From NCBI GenBank assembly GCA_965226795.1, contig CBDDDZ010000004.1:96001-160000 (forward strand): 64,000 nucleotides of DNA, given 5' to 3'. The stretch is from Candidatus Latescibacterota bacterium. GTDB taxonomy: Bacteria; Latescibacterota; UBA2968; GCA-2709665. The translations under genes were made by a program, and so were the position numbers. The notes under the pieces were generated by a model. It was not told where the DNA came from. It saw only the letters and a list, made by a program, of their open reading frames with translations, and did no database searches. Position 1 is the first letter of the stretch. The number at the start of each line of letters is the position of its first letter. Below are positions 27,038-36,572 of the stretch, in pieces.

Positions 27038-29053
27038 TCAGTCGCCGACGGAACGCCTCGCCGTTTTCGGTCCGTTGCCTGCCTGCGCCGAGCCGTGCTC
27101 GGCAGGCAGGTCGTCGATGTTGATCCACTTCAGGTACATGGGATTGGCCCACCAGTAGGCGCAGAATTTCAGCCCCTTCACGTAGGGCCTGACCAGAGCC
27201 GTGGCATTGGCGACGTGGAGCGGGAAATCCCAGCTGAATGCCTGCACCAGGCGGTGCACTTCGCGGTTGATCTCAGCCTGCCGGGACGGGTCCCGCGCGT
27301 GGTGCGCTTCCTGGCGCATCTCCTCCAGACGCCACCGGAGATCGCTGGCGTGCGACCACTGAAAATGGTATTGCCTGGCCTGGAGGAGCGTGACATTGAG
27401 AGCCTTCCAACACCAATCCGCATCCGCATCCGGTTCGTGGGCCGTCCGCAGGATCTCGTCCGCCGACCGCTGCCAACCGCTCATCGCCTCCGCTGCCTGC
27501 CGCCGCAGGTGCGGGCCGTGTCTTCCGTTTGCGAAAAGCGCCATCACCGAGTCTGCATACGCCGCGACCCGCCCGTGCATAGGCTGGAAGTCCTCGACAT
27601 TCTTTGCCCGATTGAGCTGAGTCATACCCGATCGGATCTGCACGATTCGGCGTTGCCCCGCCCACCAGGCGCCGTAGACTTCGGGATTGTCCGTCCACTG
27701 GACGTTTTCGATCCATTGCGTGCCGTAGATGGGGTTGGGCCACGGCGCCCCGGACGCCGCAAAGCACATCCCCGCATACCCGGTTGGGTTCAGGGAAACC
27801 CGCTTGTCGGCGTACACCCCCAGTTCCTGATTGTCGATCTTGAACCGAATGCCCAGGTTCTCTTCCAGCATGGCGGCAATCGCCACGAACTGCGAAACCA
27901 TCTCGGGCGCCAGGTACGACGGGATCAGAATCACCGATTCGGGAATGCCCTTGCCACCCGGATACCCCGCCTCAGACAGCAGCCGCCGGGCTTCGTCCAG
28001 GTCGAATCCCATCCCCAGTTCCGGATCCCAATCCGGCATAGCAGGCGTGGACAGCATATTCATCGGCGTCTCCCGCCCGAGAAAAATCGCCTCCACAATC
28101 CGGCGCTTGTCGAATCCGAGGGCGATCGCCCGCCGCACGCGGGCGTCCCAGTAAACCGGATTTTCGGAAAACAGGAATCTAACGTAGGAAAGCCCGCTCG
28201 TAGGCGTCCAGACCAGTTCACCGCTCAGCGCCGGATGGTGTTTGGCATAGTAGATATCGGCGATCGATTGCAGGAGTGCGAAGTCGATCTCGCCGCTCTG
28301 ATACCCCTCGAGGGGTCTGCCCGCGAATCGGCTGTAGATCCGCTCGAGATTGCCTCGCCGCAAGTTGTATTGCGGATTCGGTTCGAGGATGACATGGGAA
28401 TTGAGTTCCCACTCCACGATCCTGTACGGCCCGTTGCCCTGGTAGTTGGGCAGCTTGTGCCACGCGTCTCCATCTTTTTTAAGGGAGCCACGGTGGATCG
28501 GAAACATGCTTCCGGTGACCATTGCGTTCAAGAACGCGGGGTACGGCCTCGCCAGGCGGAACCGCAGGGTGTAGTCGTCCAGCACATCCACACCCACCTC
28601 CTCCTCTCGAGCGGCGCCGTTCCTGAAGTCCAGGGCCTTGATCACGTACTGCAACGGAGTGTCCCAGATCCACTTGCTCTCGCGACCCGGTTCCATCTGA
28701 TAGATGAACGCGGCCCTGTAGTCCCGTGCGGTCACTGTCGTGCCGTCGTACCAGCGGTTGTCCCGCCGCAGAACGAACGTATAGGACAGCCTGTCTTCGG
28801 ATACCTCCCAGCGCACGGCCTGGGCCGGAATCAGCCCTCCCTCCGGGCCCAGTTGAACCAGGCCCTCTTTCGTGCCCAGCGTGATCTGCGCGTACATCCC
28901 CCCCGTATACAGATAGCTGTTCAACGTGCTCAACGGCGGCCCGATGTACCGGATCTCCCTCGGGCGGTTGGCCAGCGCCGACGGACCGGAAAGCGCCCCG
29001 AAAAGCATCCCGCACAGTACAGCAGCGCGCCAGACCATGCTCCCAGGATTCAT
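27038..29053 (-). CDS. oppA: Peptide ABC transporter substrate-binding protein (SBP family 5)
   Basis: WEVSEDRLSYTFVLR..WYDGTTVTARD, GNGPYRIVEW, DARVRRAIA; ATG 29053 overlaps the upstream stop (ATGA). Confidence 0.85.
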   Translation of the reverse strand: MNPGSMVWRAAVLCGMLFGALSGPSALANRPREIRYIGPPLSTLNSYLYTGGMYAQITLGTKEGLVQLGPEGGLIPAQAVRWEVSEDRLSYTFVLRRDNRWYDGTTVTARDYRAAFIYQMEPGRESKWIWDTPLQYVIKALDFRNGAAREEEVGVDVLDDYTLRFRLARPYPAFLNAMVTGSMFPIHRGSLKKDGDAWHKLPNYQGNGPYRIVEWELNSHVILEPNPQYNLRRGNLERIYSRFAGRPLEGYQSGEIDFALLQSIADIYYAKHHPALSGELVWTPTSGLSYVRFLFSENPVYWDARVRRAIALGFDKRRIVEAIFLGRETPMNMLSTPAMPDWDPELGMGFDLDEARRLLSEAGYPGGKGIPESVILIPSYLAPEMVSQFVAIAAMLEENLGIRFKIDNQELGVYADKRVSLNPTGYAGMCFAASGAPWPNPIYGTQWIENVQWTDNPEVYGAWWAGQRRIVQIRSGMTQLNRAKNVEDFQPMHGRVAAYADSVMALFANGRHGPHLRRQAAEAMSGWQRSADEILRTAHEPDADADWCWKALNVTLLQARQYHFQWSHASDLRWRLEEMRQEAHHARDPSRQAEINREVHRLVQAFSWDFPLHVANATALVRPYVKGLKFCAYWWANPMYLKWINIDDLPAEHGSAQAGNGPKTARRSVGD
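27078..27110. repeat. 33-bp CCTGCCTG...CAGGCAGG mini-palindrome inside the oppA 3' end
   Basis: Reverse complement is identical to 31059-31091; encodes LPAEHGSAQAG in frame. Confidence 0.9.
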
Positions 29054-30771
29054 CGACCCGACTCTCCTTCCCTTACGATGATCTCCCGATCGACCGCAGA
29101 GCTCCCGAGCCGATCCATCGTACCACCGGGCCATCGAACCTTGACAGAATCGACTGTTGCGTACTGACCGAGCCCGAAATGGAGACGGAAGTCGTTCTGG
29201 GACAGATAGCTTGATCCACTTTGAACCTCTCGGATCTGCCGGCGGCCACCGGCCCATACCGTCACGCGGGCACCGATGCCGTTGCGGTTGGACAGACGCG
29301 TGACGCCCTTTGAATGCTTCGGATGCTCCCGAGCGGCTCCGATCAGTTTCACCCTCAGCCAGCGGTTCCGGTTGCCGACCTCGTTTCTCAGGAGCCGCGC
29401 CGCGCCGTTCACCGTAAGAATGAAAACGTCTACGTCCCCGTCGTTGTCGTAATCCCCTAAGGCGGCGCCCCGGCTGGCGCCCGGCCTGGACAGATCGTCC
29501 TTCACGTCGCGGGTCACGTCGACGAACCGCCCGCCTCCTGTGTTACGGAACAGGATGGCGGGCTGTCGGTAGACGCTTCCCACGCGGTCTGCGTTGTCGA
29601 GCACGTGGCCGTGTACCATCAGAAGGTCGGACCAACCGTCGTTGTCGTAGTCCAGAAACCCGAGACCCCAGCCCACATGGGGAATCGTGGGGGTCCTGAT
29701 CCCGGATATCGAAGAAATGTCCGTAAAGAGTCCGTCCCCCTCGTTGCGGAAGAGCCCGGCGCCCTCAAGCCGGAAATTGGTTACGGCCAGGTCCATGCGG
29801 CCGTCCCGGTTAAAATCGCCGAAGTCCGCACCCATACTGGACTGCAGGTCGCCCGATCCGCTGTAGGCCACCCCAGACAGAAGACCCCTTTCCACAAAAC
29901 TTCCGTCGCCTCGATTCAGGTAGAGAAAATTGGGCGTCATATCGTTGGCCACGAAGATATCCACGGTTCCGTCGCCGTCGACGTCGCCGCACGACATCCC
30001 CATCCCCTTGCCCGCGGGATTAAAGACGCCCGCCCGGTCCGTCACGTCCGTAAACGTCCCATCCCCGTTGTTGCGATACAGGCGATCGGCCGCCCCCTTG
30101 AAGTTGTCGGGGTGGGGATAAAACCTGGCATCCACCGATGGACTCGCGGAACGGGAAGCGTAGGGCCTCAACCCGGTCTCCGGGGAGGAGATCGAGTAGG
30201 CGACGTAGTTGGCCACGTACAGATCCAGAAATCCATCCGCGTCGTAATCCAGGAAGGCGCATCCCACGCTCCAGGCGGAATCTCCGGAGACACCGGCCCG
30301 GTCCGCCACGCCCGTAAACGTCCCGTCTCCGTTGTTTTGGAACAGGCTGTTCGGCCCGTAGCACGTCACGTAGAGGTCGTCGTGCGCGTCGTTGTCGAAG
30401 TCGCCCACGCAGACGCCCATGCCGTAGGCCGTTTCTCCCACTCCCGCGAACCCCGTCACGTCGGAGAAGGCGCCCGCGCCGGCGTTCCGGTACAGCCGGT
30501 TCCTCGGGGGCGGTCCGGCATAGCCGGGCAACGCCCCTCCGTTGACGGCGAATACGTCCAGCCGGCCGTCGTTGTTGTAGTCCAGAAACGCGACCCCTGA
30601 TCCCATCGTCTCCACGAAATACTTCTTGCCCGTCCCCCCGTGGACGTGCCGGAATTCGATGCCTGATGACGCCGTAACGTCAACGAATCGCGGCGAATCC
30701 GCGTACAGCGCTGGGCCCCGAAGGATCAGGAGAAGCAATATGCCGTAAACTGCGTGGGTCGAATGGACCAT
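29050..30771 (-). CDS. CRTAC1 family protein (FG-GAP/VCBS repeats + ASPIC/UnbV domain); start uncertain
   Basis: Repeated DYNNDGRLD/DFDND/DYDNDG motifs; SNRNGIGARV, GSSYLSQNDFRLHFGLG. Confidence 0.9.
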   Translation of the reverse strand: MVHSTHAVYGILLLLILRGPALYADSPRFVDVTASSGIEFRHVHGGTGKKYFVETMGSGVAFLDYNNDGRLDVFAVNGGALPGYAGPPPRNRLYRNAGAGAFSDVTGFAGVGETAYGMGVCVGDFDNDAHDDLYVTCYGPNSLFQNNGDGTFTGVADRAGVSGDSAWSVGCAFLDYDADGFLDLYVANYVAYSISSPETGLRPYASRSASPSVDARFYPHPDNFKGAADRLYRNNGDGTFTDVTDRAGVFNPAGKGMGMSCGDVDGDGTVDIFVANDMTPNFLYLNRGDGSFVERGLLSGVAYSGSGDLQSSMGADFGDFNRDGRMDLAVTNFRLEGAGLFRNEGDGLFTDISSISGIRTPTIPHVGWGLGFLDYDNDGWSDLLMVHGHVLDNADRVGSVYRQPAILFRNTGGGRFVDVTRDVKDDLSRPGASRGAALGDYDNDGDVDVFILTVNGAARLLRNEVGNRNRWLRVKLIGAAREHPKHSKGVTRLSNRNGIGARVTVWAGGRRQIREVQSGSSYLSQNDFRLHFGLGQYATVDSVKVRWPGGTMDRLGSSAVDREIIVREGESGR

Positions 30772-31011
30772 ACGGAAGGAATGACGATTGAAACCTGTGG
30801 AGGCCGGCACGGCCGATATCGAACCAGCGTCCTGACCCGGAAATGTACCACCATTCGTCTGGGGGTTCATCCCGTCTCGTTGCGATATTTCGCTTGCGGA
30901 ATCGTCGACGCTGAGCATACCTGCATTGAGCTTGTCCAAATGTCGAAGCCCCCTCGTTTCGCTACACGTCAGCTCGAATCTTCACCACCCCCAAACGTCC
31001 CCTATTCCCTT

Positions 31012-31712
31012 GCCCTTTTTCTTGCATCGCCCAAGAAAAAGGGCGAAAAAGAAGGGCGCCTGCCTGCCGAGCACGGCTCGGCGCAGGCAGGCCGCTCGGC
31101 GCGGAGCCGGTTTTTCCACGAATTTTCTCAGTGGCATAGACTTGCAATTGTGCCCTGCGTACGAATCCCGCCCCACGGTACTTCAATGCGGGACGGAATA
31201 GCGTGGAAAAACCCCCCACGCCACAACCGTGCGCTTGAAAGGATCTCACAAGATTCGTTCCGATAGTGATGTCACAATTTAGAGCGCGGAATCCACGTCC
31301 GCCCGCATGGTGGGCGACCTGTTGTCCCGGCGGCTTATCCGGACAACAGGGGACGCCTGGTTCTGGCGTTCGAGGCTGATGGTGAGCGGAATGATTTTCG
31401 CCGCGAACAAAGGCCCCTTCCACCCGTAGGGGACGCTCGAGAGGCGAAGCGTTCTGAAAGGCGTTAGAAAAACATCCATACGACTCGTCGCCAGAAAGCC
31501 AATTGGGCTTGTTGGCGAGTCCTATCCGGAGGACTCCCAGAGCAGAGCGCGCTATTCCGTTGCGCAACGAATTGCGGTATCCACCTTCGCTTGCAGGGCA
31601 GCACATCATGTGCGTCCCGTGAGGTTATTCGCGCTGTGCATATGGCAGGCCCCGCGCCCAGCGGCGACTTTTGGTTCCTTTTGGTCGCTTCAAAAGGAAC
31701 CCGCCGGAGGCA
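31012..31712. ncRNA. Putative long structured non-coding element (unclassified)
   Basis: Intergenic; terminal 13-bp and 11-bp hairpins plus several internal stems; homologous segments at 38947-39130 and 40378-40455. Confidence 0.5.
31059..31091. repeat. 33-bp CCTGCCTG...CAGGCAGG mini-palindrome inserted in the long element
   Basis: Absent from the homologous position (GCG^CCGCTCGG, ~38992) of the second copy. Confidence 0.9.
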
Positions 31713-31872
31713 GGGAAATTGGGGAGTAGTGGTAAGAACAATAAAAAATCGATATCGCCAGTCCGTATCGCTAACCGCCTTTTGCTGATCGTTGCCTGTC
31801 CCTTTGTGTCTTCGTGTCTCCGTGTGAGCCGAATCTCGGCAATCCGGTTCCGGTACAGAACTCCACGTTTAC

Positions 31873-33153
31873 CTATGGAAACTGCGGAACCTGAACCCGC
31901 GCGCCCTGGGCAGCCGCCTGCTCGCCGCAGATCGCCGGCGCGCACGACCGCGCGGCCTGGACCGCGTCGATGAGTGGGCGGCGGTCGCGGACGATCGCGT
32001 CGAAGAAATCCAGCATCATATCGAATTCCGCCCCCTGATGACCGGGTCCGGTTCCCGTTACAAGAGGCAGTTCCATCCAGCCATCGCCCGATTCCACGGT
32101 ATTCAGGAACCGGTGGGGAAGGTGAACGTATCCGGATCCGGCCTCGTTGCGCCGCTCGCCTTCGTAACATCCCAGCGTGCCGTAAAGGGCGAGATAATTC
32201 AGGTGGGGGCGGCGGAATCCGTAGCTCTGCAGCGCTTTGATGATCACCCCGCTCTCGCTCTTCATCAGCGCCACCGCGCTGTCGAAGCCATCGCCGGTTT
32301 TCGCGCCAAAGCCCAGCTCCGGGCTGCCTTCGGCGAAGCTCGTGCCGCGCATCCCGAAGGCTTCCACTTCGACAATCTGCTCGTCACCCAGCAGCCAGCG
32401 CGACGTGTCGAACGTGGTATGCACCGCCGCGTTCAGCGGTGGCTCGATTCCCCCTACACATCCCCGGTCGGCCGGCATGCCCACCTCGCGCTCACGGTTC
32501 ACCCAGAACCGCTTCCGCCATCGGTAGTCGCAGTTGTACTCCGCCTCCACGTACTGGATCTTGCCGAACTCCTCTTCCATGCATAATTGCTTGAGGGACT
32601 CGTACCGGTTGTACCACCGCAACTGATTGCCCATCTGCACCTTCAGACCGGTCTGCTCGCTTAAATCGACGATCGCCCTGCATTCCTCCAGTGTAACGGC
32701 AACGGGCATTTCCACAAAGACATGCTTGCCTGCCTGCAGCGCCTGGATCGCGTGCTCTCCATGCCTGTCCGTGCCCGTTTCCACGACAACCACCCGGACC
32801 TCGTCGTCCCTTAGCATTTCTTCGAAATCCACGTACGACTTCGGGATGTCCTGTTCTTCAGCGACGTATTCCGCCAGGTCCGCGACTTCGTCGCATACCG
32901 CCACCGTTCGACTCTGGTCCATCAGGTTGCATAAGCTCGCCATGAACCGGCCTCGTCCCAGGCCGACCACCCCCACGTTCAAGACACCGGCGCCCCTGTC
33001 GGGCCCGGTAACCCGCATGGGCGGTCTCTCCTGGCGGCCCATCCAATCCAGGTATCGCTCCAACTTAACCTGTCTCGCCTTTTCCGAATTCCAGTCTCGA
33101 GACAGGAATCTCTTAAGAAGATCCCGTCTTTTCGCGTCCATTCCGGACTCCAT
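31873..33153 (-). CDS. Gfo/Idh/MocA family oxidoreductase
   Basis: LNVGVVGLGRG, AGKHVFVEMP, GPGHQGAE. Confidence 0.85.
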   Translation of the reverse strand: MESGMDAKRRDLLKRFLSRDWNSEKARQVKLERYLDWMGRQERPPMRVTGPDRGAGVLNVGVVGLGRGRFMASLCNLMDQSRTVAVCDEVADLAEYVAEEQDIPKSYVDFEEMLRDDEVRVVVVETGTDRHGEHAIQALQAGKHVFVEMPVAVTLEECRAIVDLSEQTGLKVQMGNQLRWYNRYESLKQLCMEEEFGKIQYVEAEYNCDYRWRKRFWVNREREVGMPADRGCVGGIEPPLNAAVHTTFDTSRWLLGDEQIVEVEAFGMRGTSFAEGSPELGFGAKTGDGFDSAVALMKSESGVIIKALQSYGFRRPHLNYLALYGTLGCYEGERRNEAGSGYVHLPHRFLNTVESGDGWMELPLVTGTGPGHQGAEFDMMLDFFDAIVRDRRPLIDAVQAARSCAPAICGEQAAAQGARVQVPQFP

Positions 33154-33184
33154 TACTCGCGCGGAACCCTATCCGCGCCCCGTT

Positions 33185-34315
33185 TCATCGGGTATTCAGT
33201 AGGGTATGAATTGCCCGCTTGAACACGTGAATCGCACGTTTGGCGGCTCCATGGGGACCCGCCGTAGCGACGTTTGTCTCATAGAATACGCTGGGAATTC
33301 CAAGCCTGCGGGCCATCTGATAGCACAGTGTATTCTCACGATGAACGTTTGCCCTGCCATGCGTGGACATCCCATCGGTCTCCAGGCGCATCGTATCGCA
33401 CAGGGCCTGGTATAGCCGCGCCCGATCGGGATTCTCGAAGACCGGATCGACCACCTCGTACCATCCGTCGTAGGGGTATTCGCCATTGTCTCGCCAGCCC
33501 ACGAAGGCATGGATATTCATCCATAGCGCCGGTCGATCATTGACAAGCCTGTCCCACACCAGGCGACTCTCGTGGGCTTCCGGCGCCACCGCGTCCGGGT
33601 CCTCGCCGAATGCCCGGTACATGTCCAACCCCTCCGCGTTGAACGCGTTTCTGCCCATCACGTTTCCATCGGGATTGACCGCCGGCAAGACCTCAACCTG
33701 TAACCGCTCTCGAAGGGCGACGGCATCCGGCACGAGGGAGGTGATGAAATCGGCGATGCCCAGCATACCCCACGTGCCCGAGAATTCGACCGCGTGCTGA
33801 CCGGCCACGCACAGAATCCTGGGCTTGCCGGGCGCGCCGGTCCGGATGCCGGGGATGTCCCGCCCCTGGACCGACGTACCGATCGTGAACGACTCGCAGC
33901 GGTCCTCGCGTTCGACAGCCAGCTTTCGGAGGCCCTCCACGGTGTCGCTATAGGGCGCCGGCCAGGCGTTCGTTACCCGAATGGTTTGGTTCTCCTTCAG
34001 GTTCAGGCGGACCAACAGGGGTTCCTCGGAATTTTGTACCTGGGCTCGATCGAGCGGCTTGAAGCGACCCTCGCCCCGGGATTCGACCCATACGGTGGTG
34101 GGCAAACCGGCGACGAATCCCTCTGGCCCAAATTCGGAGTCCGGCCACACCTCGACCGTCAGTACCGAAGGAGGCCCGTCATTCCGGACGTCGAAACAAA
34201 AGTAGTAACAGTAGGACGCCTTGTCTCCGATGACTTCGAGCCGAAACCGGTCGATCGCGATCTGTCGGATATGCTTCGCGTTACCGCATTCGAAATCAGC
34301 GGTAATCGATATCAT
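33185..34315 (-). CDS. M14 family zinc carboxypeptidase
   Basis: ADFECGN N-terminus, IGTSVQGRDI, GQHAVE (HxxE), NPDG, MNIH. Confidence 0.8.
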   Translation of the reverse strand: MISITADFECGNAKHIRQIAIDRFRLEVIGDKASYCYYFCFDVRNDGPPSVLTVEVWPDSEFGPEGFVAGLPTTVWVESRGEGRFKPLDRAQVQNSEEPLLVRLNLKENQTIRVTNAWPAPYSDTVEGLRKLAVEREDRCESFTIGTSVQGRDIPGIRTGAPGKPRILCVAGQHAVEFSGTWGMLGIADFITSLVPDAVALRERLQVEVLPAVNPDGNVMGRNAFNAEGLDMYRAFGEDPDAVAPEAHESRLVWDRLVNDRPALWMNIHAFVGWRDNGEYPYDGWYEVVDPVFENPDRARLYQALCDTMRLETDGMSTHGRANVHRENTLCYQMARRLGIPSVFYETNVATAGPHGAAKRAIHVFKRAIHTLLNTR

Positions 34316-34369
34316 CGCAATCCTCCCCGGTACACGCCTGGACGGGACACTCGTTCATCGTTGAGATTA

Positions 34370-35515
34370 TCAATAGTAACCGGTCTCCAATGGCGGCCGG
34401 GCGTACGCCACCTCGATTCGACACGGAACCCCAGTACGGCTCATCGAATTCACGCCCCGGCAGGCCAGCGACTGAACCCCCTCCCGCATCGGCCAGTCGA
34501 AATGCGCCTCGCACCGTTGCCAGACCCCGTCATCGATGCGAATTTCATAGTGGTCGAAAAACGGCATACAGTGTGACAGCGTTACCGCCAGCCTGGGCAC
34601 GCCTGTGTTCCACACCGGCTGCGTGGACACGCGTACCAGATTCACGGTCCAGTACACGTCCGACAGGTTGGAGGTCCACTGAACACGGCCAACGGGTCTG
34701 AAATTACTCACGAATGTCGGCAGGCACCTGCGGTCCACCCATTCCCAGGTCAGGCGATCCGTCATTACCCGGATCCGGGCATAATAGTCCATGACCCTGT
34801 TTCGCATGAACCTGGCGAACAACTGGCGGTTGACCTCCTCGTCATAATCTCTCCGGCAGGTGGGATCGCGGAGTGCGAGCCGGACATGCCTGGCGTCGGG
34901 AACGAGGAATTCCGGCTGATCCTGCACCATTTCAACCGCATCCGCGGCACCGCTCAGCCACGCCTCCCGGATTTCCAGCGCGTTCAGGGGCGCACCTTCT
35001 CGTTCGTAGTGGACGTTGATGTCCGGATCCATCATCACCCACTTCCGGTGTTCATTGGACCAGACCTCGGCAACCGCGTGTCCCACGTTCCATATATTAT
35101 AGTCCCTGGGCGACTCGCAGTCCTCGATAGCGATCGCCACCCTCCGTGCAGGCCAGCCCAGCGCGGTTGCCGAATCCACGAAGACCCGGGCGTAGGAACC
35201 GCAGAAGAACCGTTCCCCTCTGCTCACGGCTTCCAGAATTCCCAGGCCGTCGTCAACCTCCGGGGCGTTGTACCATAGCCCGTGATTCCACTGGCCGCGG
35301 ACCCAGCGCTTCAGGGCCAGAAACCCCTGAAACTCGGTCTTGCAGCCCGCCACGACGTCCTCCAGCCCGTACGCTTCTCTGAGGCGCGCAATTCTCGGAG
35401 CATGCGGGTCGCCGTAATCGAGACACGTATAATCGCCGGTGAAGTCCCGGACCTCATACCCGACGACCCGAAACTCACCGGGACAACTCTGGCTCATGGC
35501 GTCCTCGCGAATCAA
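34370..35515 (-). CDS. Transglutaminase-like domain protein
   Basis: FFCGSYA (Cys), GHAVAEVW (His), KWVMMDPD (Asp) triad. Confidence 0.75.
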   Translation of the reverse strand: MIREDAMSQSCPGEFRVVGYEVRDFTGDYTCLDYGDPHAPRIARLREAYGLEDVVAGCKTEFQGFLALKRWVRGQWNHGLWYNAPEVDDGLGILEAVSRGERFFCGSYARVFVDSATALGWPARRVAIAIEDCESPRDYNIWNVGHAVAEVWSNEHRKWVMMDPDINVHYEREGAPLNALEIREAWLSGAADAVEMVQDQPEFLVPDARHVRLALRDPTCRRDYDEEVNRQLFARFMRNRVMDYYARIRVMTDRLTWEWVDRRCLPTFVSNFRPVGRVQWTSNLSDVYWTVNLVRVSTQPVWNTGVPRLAVTLSHCMPFFDHYEIRIDDGVWQRCEAHFDWPMREGVQSLACRGVNSMSRTGVPCRIEVAYARPPLETGYY

Positions 35516-35627
35516 TCATCTCCACCCTCGCACATTGGCTGGTCGAGCCGTAGAGCAAGCGGGTGTGAATTTACCTTTTCAAGCTTTGGTTCGAGGTATC
35601 TCCTGCAGCTTGATTCCATCCCGCGAT

Positions 35628-36542
35628 TTACGCGGCCCGCACGGGCTTCCCGAGCGCCTCGGCCATCGCACGGATGTGAGACGGACCGGTACCGCAGCAG
35701 CACCCGACGTAGTTGATCCCTTCGGCCTTGGCCTTCAGCGCAAACGCCGCCATATCGTCCGGTGTGACACCCTCGCGATACCTTGAGACACTGTAGCCGA
35801 CGTTTTCCGTATCCACCTTTTGTCTGAATCCCTTTGGCTGGCAGGCGACAGGCACATCCACCGCTTCCCGCATCTCGAGCGCAGTAGGCAACATCTGGTC
35901 CGGATCTCCGATGCAGACGGTCCCGACGACGTCGGCTCCTTCGTCCGCGAGGATGCGGGCGCATTCCCCGGCGGTTGCGCCGTCCTGTGTCCGCTTTTCG
36001 CTTCCGATCCCCATCAGCGCCATTGTCGGCAGGCCGGACTTCCTGCAGCTTTCCACGCACAGTCGCATCTCGTCCAACCGGAAAAACGTCTCTGGAATCA
36101 GGAAGTCCGCGCCAGCGTCGACCAGAATTGCAATCTGCTCTTCCCACTCGGACTGTGCGCGTGAACGCGACGAGGGATCCACCGGATCGTAAACCTGATC
36201 TCCCTGCCGTGAGCCGGTCATCGTGGATACAAGACAGCCGCCAACCGGCGCCTCCCAGCCGGACGCCTCCTTTGCCACCCGAATACCGGTCCTGTTGATC
36301 TCGTCCACGCGGCGTCCCCATCCGTATTTTGCCTCCAGTTGAGCGCCCGAGGTAAACCACGTCAGCGCCTGAAGCACCTGCGAACCCGAATCGTAGAAAT
36401 CCCGGTGGATCTGCTTCAGCGCCTCCGGGTGGGAACCGATGATTCCGGGCACTTCGTAGCCTCGCCAGTTTGCCTCCAGGTACATCCCCCCGTCACCCAG
36501 AACAATCCCCTCGTTAAACAAATCCATAAGACTTCCGGCCAT
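35628..36542 (-). CDS. Homocysteine S-methyltransferase family protein (copy 2)
   Basis: VLGDGGM, GADFLIPET, VGTVC, VGCCCG; close paralogue of 3164-4039. Confidence 0.85.
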   Translation of the reverse strand: MAGSLMDLFNEGIVLGDGGMYLEANWRGYEVPGIIGSHPEALKQIHRDFYDSGSQVLQALTWFTSGAQLEAKYGWGRRVDEINRTGIRVAKEASGWEAPVGGCLVSTMTGSRQGDQVYDPVDPSSRSRAQSEWEEQIAILVDAGADFLIPETFFRLDEMRLCVESCRKSGLPTMALMGIGSEKRTQDGATAGECARILADEGADVVGTVCIGDPDQMLPTALEMREAVDVPVACQPKGFRQKVDTENVGYSVSRYREGVTPDDMAAFALKAKAEGINYVGCCCGTGPSHIRAMAEALGKPVRAA

Positions 36543-36572
36543 ATGGCGTTGCTCCTTTCTTAAGTCCCGCCG

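Noticed and set aside
30962..31609. 215-aa minus-strand ORF across the structured element
   Set aside because: No motifs or RBS; the homologous copies preserve stems rather than a reading frame
31800..31828. CTTTGTGTCTTCGTGTCTCCGTGTGAG 8-bp-period short repeat
   Set aside because: Resembles a common intergenic motif, but a single short instance; no function supportable here
32725..32745. CCTGCCTG as another mini-palindrome copy
   Set aside because: Only one arm; explained by the conserved ALQAGKH codons
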